From Raillietiella orientalis (taxonomy: Eukaryota): DNA of 64,000 nt. The DNA lies in the NCBI GenBank assembly GCA_036172245.1, contig JAYWIR010000033.1:1674001-1738000 (forward strand). Direction: 5' to 3'. The first letter of the stretch is position 1. Each line of letters starts with the position of its first letter. Both the position numbers and the translations under genes were made by a program. Shown here piece after piece: positions 36,750-48,700 of this stretch. A model generated the notes under the pieces. It saw only the letters and a program-made list of their open reading frames with translations. It searched no databases and was not told where the DNA came from.

Positions 36750-37397
36750 CGCCTGTGAGCAGTAACGGTAGCCGTCCAACAGGCATTTCTCCTGTTGCAC
36801 TGGGGTCCCCCGTGCAATGCCCTCCTCTCCCACTGGACCCGGGGAGCTGTGGACTCAAACTGCTGCAGGTGAGGGGAATGCTCGTGGAATGTGGTTCCCT
36901 CTGGTCCCTGTGGGTTGCGTGGCGCAATGTCCCTTGTTGCACTGACGGACAGTCCCAGGGACGTGATGAAGCGCCTCTTCGTGCGCGATGCCCTATCGCC
37001 TGGCGCAACCCTAGCAGCTCTTTGCTGCTGTCTACATGGGATAGTGGAGACCCGGAGCTACGCGAGAGGAGGACGCCACCTCCTTCGCTCTGCGCTTTCC
37101 GCGGACGGCGACAAGATGACCCCACCTGGGACACATTCGGACGGAACTTGCTGGCATGCTGGAACGGATGCAGAGGACGCCCTCCAGCTCCCGGTGAGCC
37201 CTTTCCTAAACCTCCCAATTTTTTGTGCAAATTTGTTTGCTTTCTGTTTATTTTTGTATGTCCCCTCCTCCTTCGCTGCCGAGGCGAACCTCGTCGTCGG
37301 TCTACGTGCCGGTCACTCGGTAGGTTCCCGAGCATTTTCGGACAATGTAGGGCCGGTGGCCCTACACCTGTAAGTTTATTATTTTTTATAATAAACG
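36750..37397 (+). mobile_element. RLE element 3' end with 3' UTR
   Basis: VECGSLWSLWVAWRNV (VGSLGxW..N) and LAALCCCLHGI. Colinear with 12390-12913. AATAAA at 37390-37395. Confidence 0.65.
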
Positions 37398-38299
37398 CCC
37401 TAGCATGAACGAGTGATAAAACCAACAGGATGTGACTACTTCCTTCCTCTGGAAGGAAGCACTCGTTTGCGCGACTCTCTCTCCTTCTTTCCTTAGTAGG
37501 GAAGAAACGGGGAAAACCGGAACAAGGGCGATGAAGAATCACATCCCTTGCCACTTCCCTGCTTGGAGAGAGAGCCCCTTCCGTCGGTGGGAACAACTGT
37601 GTTTTGGAGATCGTCTTCCGCAGCTGTTGCATTTCTCGGTCCGGACCTTCATGGAGAATGAGGAGGCGGTGTTGTTCCGTGCTGGCACTCTGGAAGAGCA
37701 GAGAAGAGAATTTCTCTTCTCATCCAGGGAAAGACGACACCTGCAGCCCGTTTTCTTCCCCTCTTCCTTGAGTTTGACCGATTAAGTGCCATCGTAGGTG
37801 CACGGGCCAGAACAGGGGTAAGGAAGCGGAAGAAGGTGCACCCAAAACGCGTCCGAGAGGCATACGTGGGTGGGCTGGTCGGCCACGGGCAGCGCCCGGA
37901 TAGCTGGCTGCTTCCTGACCATCCGAAATCCTATCGAGCGAATCCGGGGGAGGGAAGGGAGGATGATTGCTTGATTTAGAGAGGCAGAGTTTCTGCACTT
38001 GGGATGTCAGCCATCCAGAAGTGAGGCTGTCCTTTTCTGTTGGGGTTTTTCAAGAAGAGAGGTTTCTCCTGAGGGCAGATACCTCTTTTCTTGAAGTAGA
38101 AAGACGGTTTCCAGTTGCTGCTTTTCCGGATCCTCTGCCACATCCTCCTTCCCTTCCTCGTACTCCCTTCATCCTAAAATTGATCTCAGTCCAAGACGCT
38201 GTCGTTTCAAACTCTTAAGAATTCTTCAGGACCCGTGGTCGCCTCTGTCCCGCAAAAGAACCACTTCAGAATCGGAGATGCCTCCATAGACCCATCTTC

Positions 38300-39800
38300 C
38301 GAAGAGAATTTCTGGAGGCGAGTTTTCCCGTTGTTTGGAGCCTGTTGCTGGATCCCTTCCATTTCTCATTTCTTTCCCAGCCCTCGTCGAGAAGAAGAAG
38401 ATTTTTTTCCTCTTCTTCCTTCCATTGTTCGGTGGGGATCTGATGGGAATCTTTTCCGGGGATCAAGGCTGGAAATTCATCTTGTCCAGAGAAGGAACCT
38501 CGGAGGTGAGGAGAGCGTTTCGTTCCGGTCGCTCGGTGCGCGGTGGGACCGCGCACTTCTCCATGGGTTACTCCAAGTTCAGCGAGCCCTCCTCACTGAT
38601 CGTGATCGGCTTTCCCGGTTCCGCTGGCAGCCTCGGAGCTTCCAAGAAGCAAAGCCGAGAAGCTCCTTTTTCGTCCTTTGTTAATGAGGGGAAGTGGTAG
38701 CGGTGGTTTGCGAGCACCGTGACGTGTTCAGAGGTCTCCTCCCCTTCATTCGGAAGAGTAACGTCCTTGGGGATTCTCCTCTCTCGCCAATCTCCTTCCC
38801 CCAAGGGGTCGCTTGACTCCCTCCGATCCACGTGGTGCGTGTGACGTGGATTGGGCGAGATGGATAATCGTCTCGGCTACAAGGAAGAGACGGTTCAGGA
38901 ATGCTCCTCTCCCCCCCGGCACTCCGGGGCTCCACCGAGAAGCAGAACTCCAGCGCGAAGGAGGCGCCAAGGGAAGACGGAGGCAACCTGCTATTGGAGG
39001 GACTGCATGCTGGAGGAAGATGCTGAATTGCTGCTAGGAGGCCACCGGGAAAAGGTTTCCGCTCCAATCTTCGTTCTGACGCCTCTTCGCTTCTGCGCGA
39101 CGAATGCTGGATGCTGTCTCTCCTCGAGAGACACGATCGAAGGGTTTCCCGGAAAGATCGGGAAGGGTCTGGCATGTACCCGTGTACGTGAGGTGGCGAA
39201 ACGTTCATTCAGCCACTGAACCCATGGAATTTTCATGAGAGACGCTGAGACGTTTGTGGTCTCTCCAATCACGGTATCTCTGATGTGCTCCAAAGAATGT
39301 GACAACCGAGAGGGTGGGATGACTCGCTCCCCCAGCTGCAGCGGCGGAGGCGTCCAAGGCAGGGAGGTGCGCTGCGCATTCGGGATCTTCCCGAGCGATG
39401 GCGCTGACGGAAACGAAGCGACGAGGTGGCCGCAACATCCGCAGATCCTTTTAGAGACTCGAGACTCGCCTCTTCGTGCCGGATGCTGAGAGACAATCGC
39501 CGCGGGGGGACGGTGGCAGAGTACCCACTCGATTGCTCGAGCTCCCGAGGGTGGTGCTTCTCCTGGGCAAGCACCCAGGAAGGAGCCGCCCTTGGCATGA
39601 GAGAGCGCTCCGCTGGACCTCTCTGGAGCTGTCTCAAAGGGCTCCACTGTCGGGGAAGACGCAGACGGACCTCTCCATCCGGTTCGTCCTTCCCGATGGG
39701 GCCCAAGCCGAAGGGAATTAATGAAATTTCTCTTCAAGTCCGGTGAACTCGTTCCTTTCTGGAGGGAGAGAGGAGAGCTCGTTTCCTGGCAACGGCGGGG
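38300..39800 (-). mobile_element. Possible I-group LINE remnant with RNase H
   Basis: SFLGA, GKIPNAQR and a frameshifted W..GCQRN/KADH (W.PxHxGIxGNExAD) near 38595-38645. Confidence 0.3.
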
Positions 39801-40559
39801 TTTTGCACGTGCTAGAATTCTCCAACGACCTGTGACCCCTAACGCAATTTCGGCTGTTATCCGTTTCCGATTACCTGCTGAATGGATTGTGTCGCCTTAC
39901 GAGAGTGTGAGAAGATCATTTCCGTAACGCGGGATGCATCATCATCGCAGGAGTTATCACGCGGTAATGCATCCATGCATTGGATAATGAATCCATCTTC
40001 CAGAGATTGCGGTAATTTTCCGTGCAGCAAAATTCGAGTTCGTCAAGGAAGGAGAAGGAGTACGAGGAATAGAGGAGGAGGAGCCATGGAGGAGGAGGAG
40101 GAGGAGGTGGATGAGCAAAGGAGGAGGAATAACAGAATAAAGCTCAGTGCTTCAGTAGAGAGAGAGCTTTCCCGAATTCTCCTCTTCTTTTTTTTTTTTT
40201 TTTATGGATGCTGCTTGAGTTTGAGGAGCGGACGGCTGCATTATGCATCCTCCGTCCGCAACGCCGCTTGCGGAATGCACTTCACGTAGCAGAAACATAT
40301 ATTCCGAGAGTTTCGGGAAAGGGGCGGTTACCTTGGAGATCGTTATGAGCGCTTCATATATCATTAGCTCGATCTCGGATCCACCTTCTCCGATCTGCTT
40401 TTTTTTTTTTTCCTTTTTCTTTCGCCTTTTGTCACGTTCTGAGGATCCAGTCTTTGCAAATGAAGTCCTTCTCGCATCCCTTCCTTTTCCCCCTCTTTTC
40501 CGTCCGTGGGCTCGCGCATGGAGTGGAGCCTTCAGCAGACGATGGATCGGGGGACAGGG

Positions 40560-41150
40560 ATGCCATCTTCGGTCGGAAAGAGCTTTCCATCTGGCCGTTC
40601 CTCGGTGGCTTCTCCCTTCTTAATTTAGTGGGTGCTCTCCGGGGTAATACCGTGGTCATCAGGTCTCGTGAAACGCAATGATGAGTTTCCTCTCTCCTGC
40701 CTCTCCCATTCTTGTAATCGGCCGTTCGCCGTCGAAGCTGCCGATGATGGCGCTTTCCAAGCTCTGCGATAAAAATTCTCTTCCTGCGGCCCTCCCCATT
40801 AATCCGGAGACTGGGAGACGACTGGCGGAGGCGAGAGACTGGTCCTCTCTTTATGTGTGCGGCCGTAGGAAGGAGAGGGGAGCGAGAAGGGAAAGGAAGG
40901 AAGCCGCCTGTTCTTTCGGAGGCCGTCCGGGGACAAGTCGTTCGAAAAGATGCCTCGGGATGGCCTCGGGCAAGTTTTCTGCCTCGCTTGCTTTTCCTCC
41001 GGCAAGACATCGCGGAGGAAACGCTCTCATGGGGAAGCCGCCAGCGGAGCTTCGGAGATCCTGGGCTTCGGAGCACGGTGCACAGGAAGTGCATTTCGGA
41101 AGCGACTGGTCAGTACGACCGCGGCGACACCCACCACATTGACTGACTTC
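40560..41150 (+). mobile_element. LINE RT remnant
   Basis: AADD at about 40737-40748, followed by an SFGG (FLG-like) motif. Confidence 0.35.
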
Positions 41151-41816
41151 ATTGCTGGCAGCAAATGGTTTCGTCAGGTTTCTGTGCTGAAAAGCGGAAG
41201 TGTTCCCGATTTTCGGCACAAAGAACACACACACACTCAAACAGAAGGAAATTTTTTTTGAATGACAGCCTTCTAGATCTGATCTTCCACCTCTACCAGG
41301 AAGAGAGGAGGAAATTGCATTTCTGGCTAGGATGAGCAGTTGACTTTGAGGGGAAGAGAGATCTTGCACGTTTCCAAAGGATCGGAACAAACGGAAAAAC
41401 AAAGGAGCACTCAAAGAGCCGTCGACCTAACCGACCTGGCGTTTCAGAAGAAGGGTCGAATCATCCCAACAACCTGAATGGCCTGCTGTTCTTTTCAAAA
41501 ATCTAAGGCTGCGTTTGGGAAGGAGCAACAATGGAGAGGTCAACCTTCACAGGTGCCTCCAGGCGTTTTCCCGAGAGTTGATGCCAAGCTCCCCGGGAAA
41601 AAAATTCTCGATTTCCAGGACGTCGATCAACGATCTGGAGGGTGGGAAAACGAACCGTCCTCTACACGGCGGCACGAGACCATCAAAGCGCTCTCTTTCG
41701 GGGCAGCGGTCCGTCGACCGTCGCGCGCCAACTGCGGACCTAGCTTCGTCCATGTGGGCTTTCAGCAGACTCTCGATGTCTCTGCTGCTCTGCGACCCTC
41801 GTTGTCTCCTTGGGCG

Positions 41817-42770
41817 GCGCGCGAGTGCACCGCACCAGGCCTTCCCTTATTGAGGAACATCGTCATCGGTCCCCAGCAAGCTGCCGCAACAGAGGAGCAG
41901 CAGGCAGGGAGCGCTCCGCGGAGTCGGGAGTCCGACGCCGTTCTCCGTGACGTGACAGCACGGCGCAGGCATGCTACGCGACCTTTCTGGTGGCACGGTG
42001 GACTAGGCCATCTTCCACTAGCGTTGCTTGCCGAAGAAAGGAGTGTCGAAGGCACACCCGAAACAGCCCGCCTTCGACAGTCTGCTGGGAACTGGGAACG
42101 GACCCGGTGCCGCCGGAAGTGTCTTCCAGCCACCCAGGAGCGTTCGCTTCTTGTGGCCCAGCAACGTGGGTCTCGCTAGATCTCGGACGCCCGCGGGTGG
42201 GTCGGCTCCGAAAAGGTCGACTTGCAGCGAGCACCTCACGGCTGGCTGCTTCGGCAGGTGCAGAGAAGTCCCGACGTCTGCTGCTGCTTCGAAAGATCGC
42301 CGGCTGCGTTCGAGGTGGCTCTGCAGTTTCCCTCCAGAAAAGCTCCTGCGGGAATACTCAACGACGCCCGGACAGAATATCTGTCCGCGCGTCGTTGCGA
42401 ACCAACACGATCCCTGCGGTGGGAAGGTGCGCCGATGCAGCATGCGGACGCGTCCGTGGTTCGTGGTTCACAGCAGCACCCGGATTGTCCTCTGGGTCGA
42501 TGGGCACGACAGCTCTCCCTGCGTTTGGAGAGTGGGGCGTCGTCGTCCAGGAGCGTGCAGAGGGTGCAGCTTCGGCGTCTCGAAAGTTCCGTCATCGGGA
42601 ACGTGGGTGGTGCGAATTGGAAAGATGACGGAGGGCTGACCTGGAACGCTTGACACCGGAGGTCTCCTTACTTCTTGGCTCTTCCACCCTACCCAACCCA
42701 AGTCGGTGACCGGAAGAAGAAGGAGGAGGAAGAGGAAGAGAGAAGGGGGAGGAAGGGAGGAAGAGGAAGG
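41817..42770 (+). mobile_element. Frameshifted RLE-derived repeat, copy C
   Basis: Overlaps copies A and B. Motifs RLRKGRL, DVCCCFE and RPWFVV..IVLWVD lie in different frames. Purine-rich tail at 42712-42770. Confidence 0.75.
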
Positions 42771-42799
42771 GAATGGGTGTCGCGAATAGGAAACATGAC

Positions 42800-44200
42800 G
42801 GAGCGGTGACCTTGAACGCTTGATATCGGGAGCCCTCCTTCTTGGCTGATGGGGCAGACTCTGCGTCTGGGTCATGAGCAAAGATTAAGCAACTGCAGCA
42901 GCAGCAGGTTTGGCTATTACATACGATAATGCCACACTGCTGGCCTGATACAGATGCAGGGATTGAGAAAACGATGGGCAGCATCTCAAATCTAAAACTT
43001 CTGAAGAAATTCATGCGAGTGTGAAATAAATGTCGATTCCAACTGCTCCTGGAAGATCATTGGAGTAATCTAAATACTGGACATTCGTCCAGGATCCATG
43101 TGAGAGCAGAAAGAATACTCTTCGGACTCTGCAATTCTGAGGAAGAAAAAGGCGAAACAAGTGCAAAGAGGAGAGGTAGACTTCCATAGGAAGAAGAGTA
43201 AATGAACTGAGGTCTAATTTTAGGCAAAAGCCGTTCTTCGGGGTCGAGAAACAAGAAACTGCCACAACATGAGGCCAGTTTTGAGCCTGTTGGTCAACCC
43301 TTCAAGAAATGAATACTACCAGAAGAGATTGAGACAATTAGGAACGAAAAGGGCAGTTACTCGTGTTATTAAAGTAATCGCTTATGGAGATGCTCCGCTT
43401 ACGGAGCGTCTCCATTTCTCAGTGCCCCTTTCTCTCTGCTTTCTCAGCAGCCTAATCTTGGAAACCTCGAGATGGGAAGCAAGTTTGCTTCTCGTGGTGG
43501 AATCGCAGATGAGGTTACCAAAACCAATCCGAAGAGAATTCGATTTCTGGAAACTTTTAAAAGGCAACTGATCTTTGGAAGTGAACATGTGGCAGCTAGA
43601 GGAAACGAAATTCCTGAGCGGTAGTGGTCACCTCGTAGGCAGCGTCCCAGGCAGATCTTTTCGCCCGCAGTGCGGAGGAGAGCAGCGTACCCCTAAGATC
43701 GTCGGAGGTGAGTTGGCTGAGATGAACACCAAAAGATAGACAGAATCAAACGAGGCAACAGAATTTCCCCAAAAATGCTGTTGCGCAACTGATCCATTGC
43801 TTAAGAGAACGATTTCTGGAGCTTCTGTTGAGGAAAGAGCAACGGAAGACGGATGCAGTATTCATACTCTGGGAGAAGAATTGGATGAATTGCATGGAAA
43901 GCAAGGAGGGGGAGATTCTGAGAAGTTAGATGGAATCCTTTCTGTGAGAACATCAGACCACTAGGTCTCGAGAAAATTTCTCTGGGTTGCCCAGAGGTCC
44001 TAGCTGAGGAAATCCAGTCACCAACTGGTTTCTCGTTCTGTAAGAAAGAAAAAGAGTGCCTTCAAGTGCTTCCTCAGCTTTCCTCGGAAAACTTAGGTTT
44101 GGCATCGGAGGAAAGCGCCCAAACTCTGATGCATTTGGTCCTCCAAAGCTCCATGAGCCAAAGTGTAAAACCATCTTCAGTGAGTCGTCATTTTTTTTCT
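42800..44200 (-). mobile_element. Degenerate RLE non-LTR element
   Basis: GRFPPMPNL (RT5-like), RIGFGNL (GGLG-like) and ALTWILDECP (ETLxHILxxCP). Confidence 0.45.
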
Positions 44201-45194
44201 TTTTCTTCCAGCACGCTTCCTTTGTCTTCGAGCTTCTTTCCCTCCCTGTCTTGATTCTCACTTTCCAAAAACTCCCCTTAGATGAAGCAGAAGAAGCTTT
44301 CTTTGTCTCCTGAGAATATAATGAGTTCCGAAGTAACTTACATGTCCTTGAACGGGAATTACTACCACTATTGTAAGACTGACATGTAAGAACGAGGAGG
44401 AGATATTTTTACCACTGATGTGGCTATCGTGTGGACAAGAATAAAGGCAAAGCAATCGAGTTGGGAAAGTGAGGACCCACGCACTGTGCTTCCAAGCGTC
44501 CCTTTCGTTCTCCCAGACGCAAGACAGGCAGGGAGTGGTGAGCCATTCGCGCGACAGGGTGTGCGCTCCATTAACGATGACAGACTGCTGGGTTAATTAT
44601 CAAGTTGATCTCTGCTGTTCAGATTACATGCGAACTCATCCCTCCTTCCATCTTTTACACACGGCTGAGTCTGGCTTTGCCTCCGTGGATACTCGTCGTT
44701 CACGTACGAGGCGCACTTCAAAAGTAAGAGTCGATCGGATCCAAGGAATGAAGGAATACGAAAATGAGGGTGCACGTTCTAAACACCTACACCTCCATTT
44801 TGTTTTTTTCACGTGGACACCATTTTTTCTAAGCACTTCTGATGCCGTGGAACAAGCTTTCTCGAAACCTCTTCGTAAACGGTCCCTCCAGCTGCGAAGT
44901 CCGGCCAGTGATCGGTCTCCCAAAGCAAAAGATGACGTGATGCTGCTGAAATTCGTCGCGAATTGCTTGAAATCCACGGACCTACAGTAATGAGCGAAGG
45001 AAGAGTAAGGCAGTGGTGCCTTGAGTTTAAGGAAGGCCGTTCCAATGCTCACGATGAAGAGGGGAGTGGCAGCGTACAAAGCAAGACCGGTACGAACTAT
45101 ACAAGTTTCAAGTAAACACGAACCTCTAAGCAAATCATTAGCGGAAAGGTTAAGCAAAAAAAGAGATGACAAGTTGAATGCAAAGGATATTAAC

Positions 45195-45724
45195 ATCGTT
45201 TGGAATGACGATCTTGCTGAGCAGGTGAATGCGAAAGTGAGAGAAAATCGTCGCTTGGAATTCGTCATGAATCTCCAGAAGTCTCAAAGACAACGTTGTC
45301 CGGAATTGTGACCGACACGCTATGGGCACGATGGGTGCCGAAAATGTTGACGGACGCTCGCGAAAACCAGAGATTGACATCTGCACGTGAAATTCAAACG
45401 GGAACTTTTTGATCACCCACCTCAAATTCCTGACCTCGCGCCCAGTGACCACCACGTCTTCCTGCACCCCGAGAAGTGGCCTGAATCTCAACGATTTCAG
45501 GGGGAAGGCGAGGAGTTGAAAACTGCAGTGCTGCTGAACTCCCAGGCGGAGGAATTTCGCGCGGAGGGGAGCAAAAAGCTTCCTCCACGGTGTCAAAATG
45601 GTGACTACTTGGAAAAATGACACGGGAACGGATGTGTTTCGAACCACGGATACAATTTTCGTTTCTCTTATTAATTGTCCTTCCTTTGCATCCGATCGGC
45701 TCTTACTTTTGAGAAGAGCCTCGC
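45195..45724 (+). mobile_element. Internally deleted mariner transposase pseudogene with right TIR
   Basis: DDLAEQVNAKVRENRR and ARWVPKMLT (45332), joined directly to ELFDHPPQIPDLAPSDHHVF...NGDYLEK*. TIR-like CTTACTTTTGAGAAGAGCCTCG at the end. Confidence 0.85.
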
Positions 45725-48700
45725 ACTGTTCGTTCATTATTCTTTAGGTCGATTCGTCTCGGCCCCGATCGTTAAAAGATTCTGATGCCCACAAATAGCA
45801 CTTCCTCGAGTGGCTGAGGAAGCTGCTTCTTTCGTAAGCCGGGCTTGCAGATGCGAATGCAAGACGCAGAGGAGTTTCTGATGACAAACAGGAATCATCG
45901 TGGGATCATTCCAAGCTCCTTGCGTTCCTGACGGATGCACCTGATGCTTCCCTAGGACGGCTCTTGCTTGCTTGTGCCTTAGTCGGGGTCTTTTGAAGGA
46001 TCCTCCGGCTTGAACGCCCATGCAAGTTTCCATGGCTGCTCACCGGCCCGCCGCTTCTCAGGCTGTTGTGTGAAATCCCTGCCTTTTCTGAATGGACCCG
46101 TGAGGACTTCTTCCTCGAATCACATTTCCGTTAGCTTTCGAGTTCAGGTTTTCCGTCTGCAGCTTGAGCAAAATGGCTGCTGACTGCTCCGGGGCGTGCA
46201 GCTCTTTCCCAGTGGAAGAGTGGCGCTTCTTCCTCCGAATCGGAATGCTGTGCAAGAAGCGGATCCGCAGGGATTTTCTCAGGCCGGAAAGAAGCTGGCA
46301 ATTCGAGTTTCGAGTGCGTTCTGCTTACGGGACTGAAAATGAGGGATGAAATGCTCGGAAGGGAGACGCGGGCACTGCGTTTCCTCGAGTTCACGGGGGT
46401 GCAATGTTTGGTGACAGAGAAGATGACGCCGCCATCAGGGGATGGTAAACTCTTGCTTCCTTCGGAGCTTCTTTCAGAGTTCGGCCTGAGCTTCTAGAAT
46501 CCTCTGGAGCAAACCATGCACGCGAGCGGGGCGCCCCTTCAAGGTTACTTATTGGCATCACACAAAGTTCGTCTCGCACAAAAGTTCTGTGACTTCAAGT
46601 TCTGCAGCTTCCACACTTTTTCCTGCCTGCGTGAGCAAATCGCATTCGCTTTCAAAATTCATTTTCACTTTTCGCCACGCCGGATTGAATATTGATTTTC
46701 CCCATGGAGGAGAAGGATCCCTCGCCGGAGTTTCCCGAAAACCCACGGGCGCCGCGTTCCCGACGATAGCTAGCGGAATTTCAGGGCCTTTCACGACTCC
46801 CGCTTGCGCAACCTGCTCGACCACAGTTCGCACCCGAGAGGAGAGGAGGAGGAAAAAAGGAGAAGAAGAAGAAGAAGAAGGGAAAATTCAATTCAGATGG
46901 TAAGAAGCGGAGCTCAGGATGCGATCGTTTGTTTTCCTTTTTTTCCATTATGTGCCCGCACGTACAAAGAAACATCTGAAAAATCATGACATGGGCCATT
47001 TGTAAGCCAGGTGAACGGGTGAAAAATCATTCCGGGGAGGTGTTGCATTCGTGCCATCGTGCATAAACGAGAAATTAGCATAAAGTGCACGGAAGAACAG
47101 ATGGCGGCACGAATGGAATGGTTTCTGGTCTTGTTTTCCACACTATGTTCCTTGATCATCGAAAAGGAAAAAAAAAAGGAAGAGGGGGGGGGAGGGCAAA
47201 TACTTGCAAGCGATCCGTCATTAGAGTTGGCGATATTCGAGTTTTGTTCCAACTGCAAGTATTGCCTTACAGTCTCGACTGGTAATAACCAATCATGTTA
47301 TGAACTCCGGTCTGGTTAGCCGACAGCTATCATTCGGAGATGAACTGCCAAGTGTGCGAATCCCTCTCATGCTTCTCTTTCTATACATCATGAGCCTCTA
47401 TAAATATTTAATGAAGAGGTAAGAAAATGACAGTGCATTAACTTGGATGCATTTCGGAGGAGAAATAGGCTTCCCGGGTCATCCTGCGCAGAGATTCTCC
47501 TCGGAAGTTTTTTTCGGGACGCAGCATCGATCTGGATCTTCCTTTCCGCGAGGTCCCGCGGAGTGGACTTTCCGCAGCCGATGCGCGCGGAGTGGGGCTC
47601 GACCGGGAAGTGTCCATCCTGGGCACTTCCCGGTCGAACCGCCACCGATCGAAGATCGTGAAGGACCGCGCGCTCTCCTCTGAACCGAGCGCAGACACGA
47701 GGACGGGGAACTTCCTGCGCGGCTCCTTCGGGACTCCCGGGAAATCTCGCTCTCGTTTCCGGGAACAGCTCCGTGCTTGCTTGTGCCCCAATTCATCATC
47801 TTCACGCTGTGCTTCAGGGAGCGGGTTGTGCAGGGATCCAACGCGCTGAAGCCTCACGTTCTTTCCTTCAGCACTTTGGATGCACGTTGTGGACGATTCC
47901 CTGCGCTCTGTTCAGATTTTTGCTGTTTTTTTTTTTTTGCTTGTTTTCTGGTTCACCAAGTGCTGAAGAGCCTTTCGCCTCCTCGGGAAAGGGATGGGGA
48001 GAGGGGTCTGGCAGAGCTCTTTAAGCACTACCCAATCCACGCGAGCGGTGCGTGTAACTCTTCAGCTTATAGAGGGTGACCTCGGAGGAGATGCCGTGAA
48101 GTATGAATCCAGGAAGGGTTCGGAGTCTGTTCCTCTCACGCTTGGGAAAGATCCTCGAAGGGAACCCTCTACCCTGGTTGTCTCCGAAGGGAAACTCCAA
48201 GGGAACTTCTTCCCTATTCTTTCCGGTTTGTGAGGACCGCTCCTCGTTTCCTCTCCGGAGGGAACCCGGAAGGAACCTCTGCTTGTTTCTTTCCTCTAAA
48301 GAGAACCCCGGAGGGATCTCCGAAGAGAGCAGTGAGCTTCTCAGGACTCGAAGAGCGGCAACCCACAGAGGGGGGGAAGGAAGGGGGGAATCAACCAGCC
48401 CCGTGGCAAGTTCACAACCGGAGGAGAATTCCAAGGGTCCTGGGTTGACTCCGGGTGGCCAACTTTCGAATCCCGATCAGTCAACGGGAGCATCCGCGAC
48501 TGCCACCAGTGCTGCACCCGAAGCCTTCAGGCCAGCCAGAGTCATCCTGAGGGGAAGGGGAGCCCGGAACCCGTTCCTCGGCGTACACCCTCCCCTGGGT
48601 AAGATTCGGACCCGCAACCATGGTCACGGAGCGCGGAGAAACCCCAGCCACACTGCCGCCAGCAAAATTTGCACGGTTTGCAATGATTTTGCTCTAAGGA

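Noticed and set aside
44780..44900. TSDAVEQAFSK as a hAT dimerisation or Tc1 motif
   Set aside because: It fits either family equally well and has no supporting motifs or termini.
48550..48625. HDV-like motif (AGGGGAG/CTCCCCT, TCCTCG loop, GG)
   Set aside because: There is a 6-nt insertion between P3' and P1', and no P2' partner.
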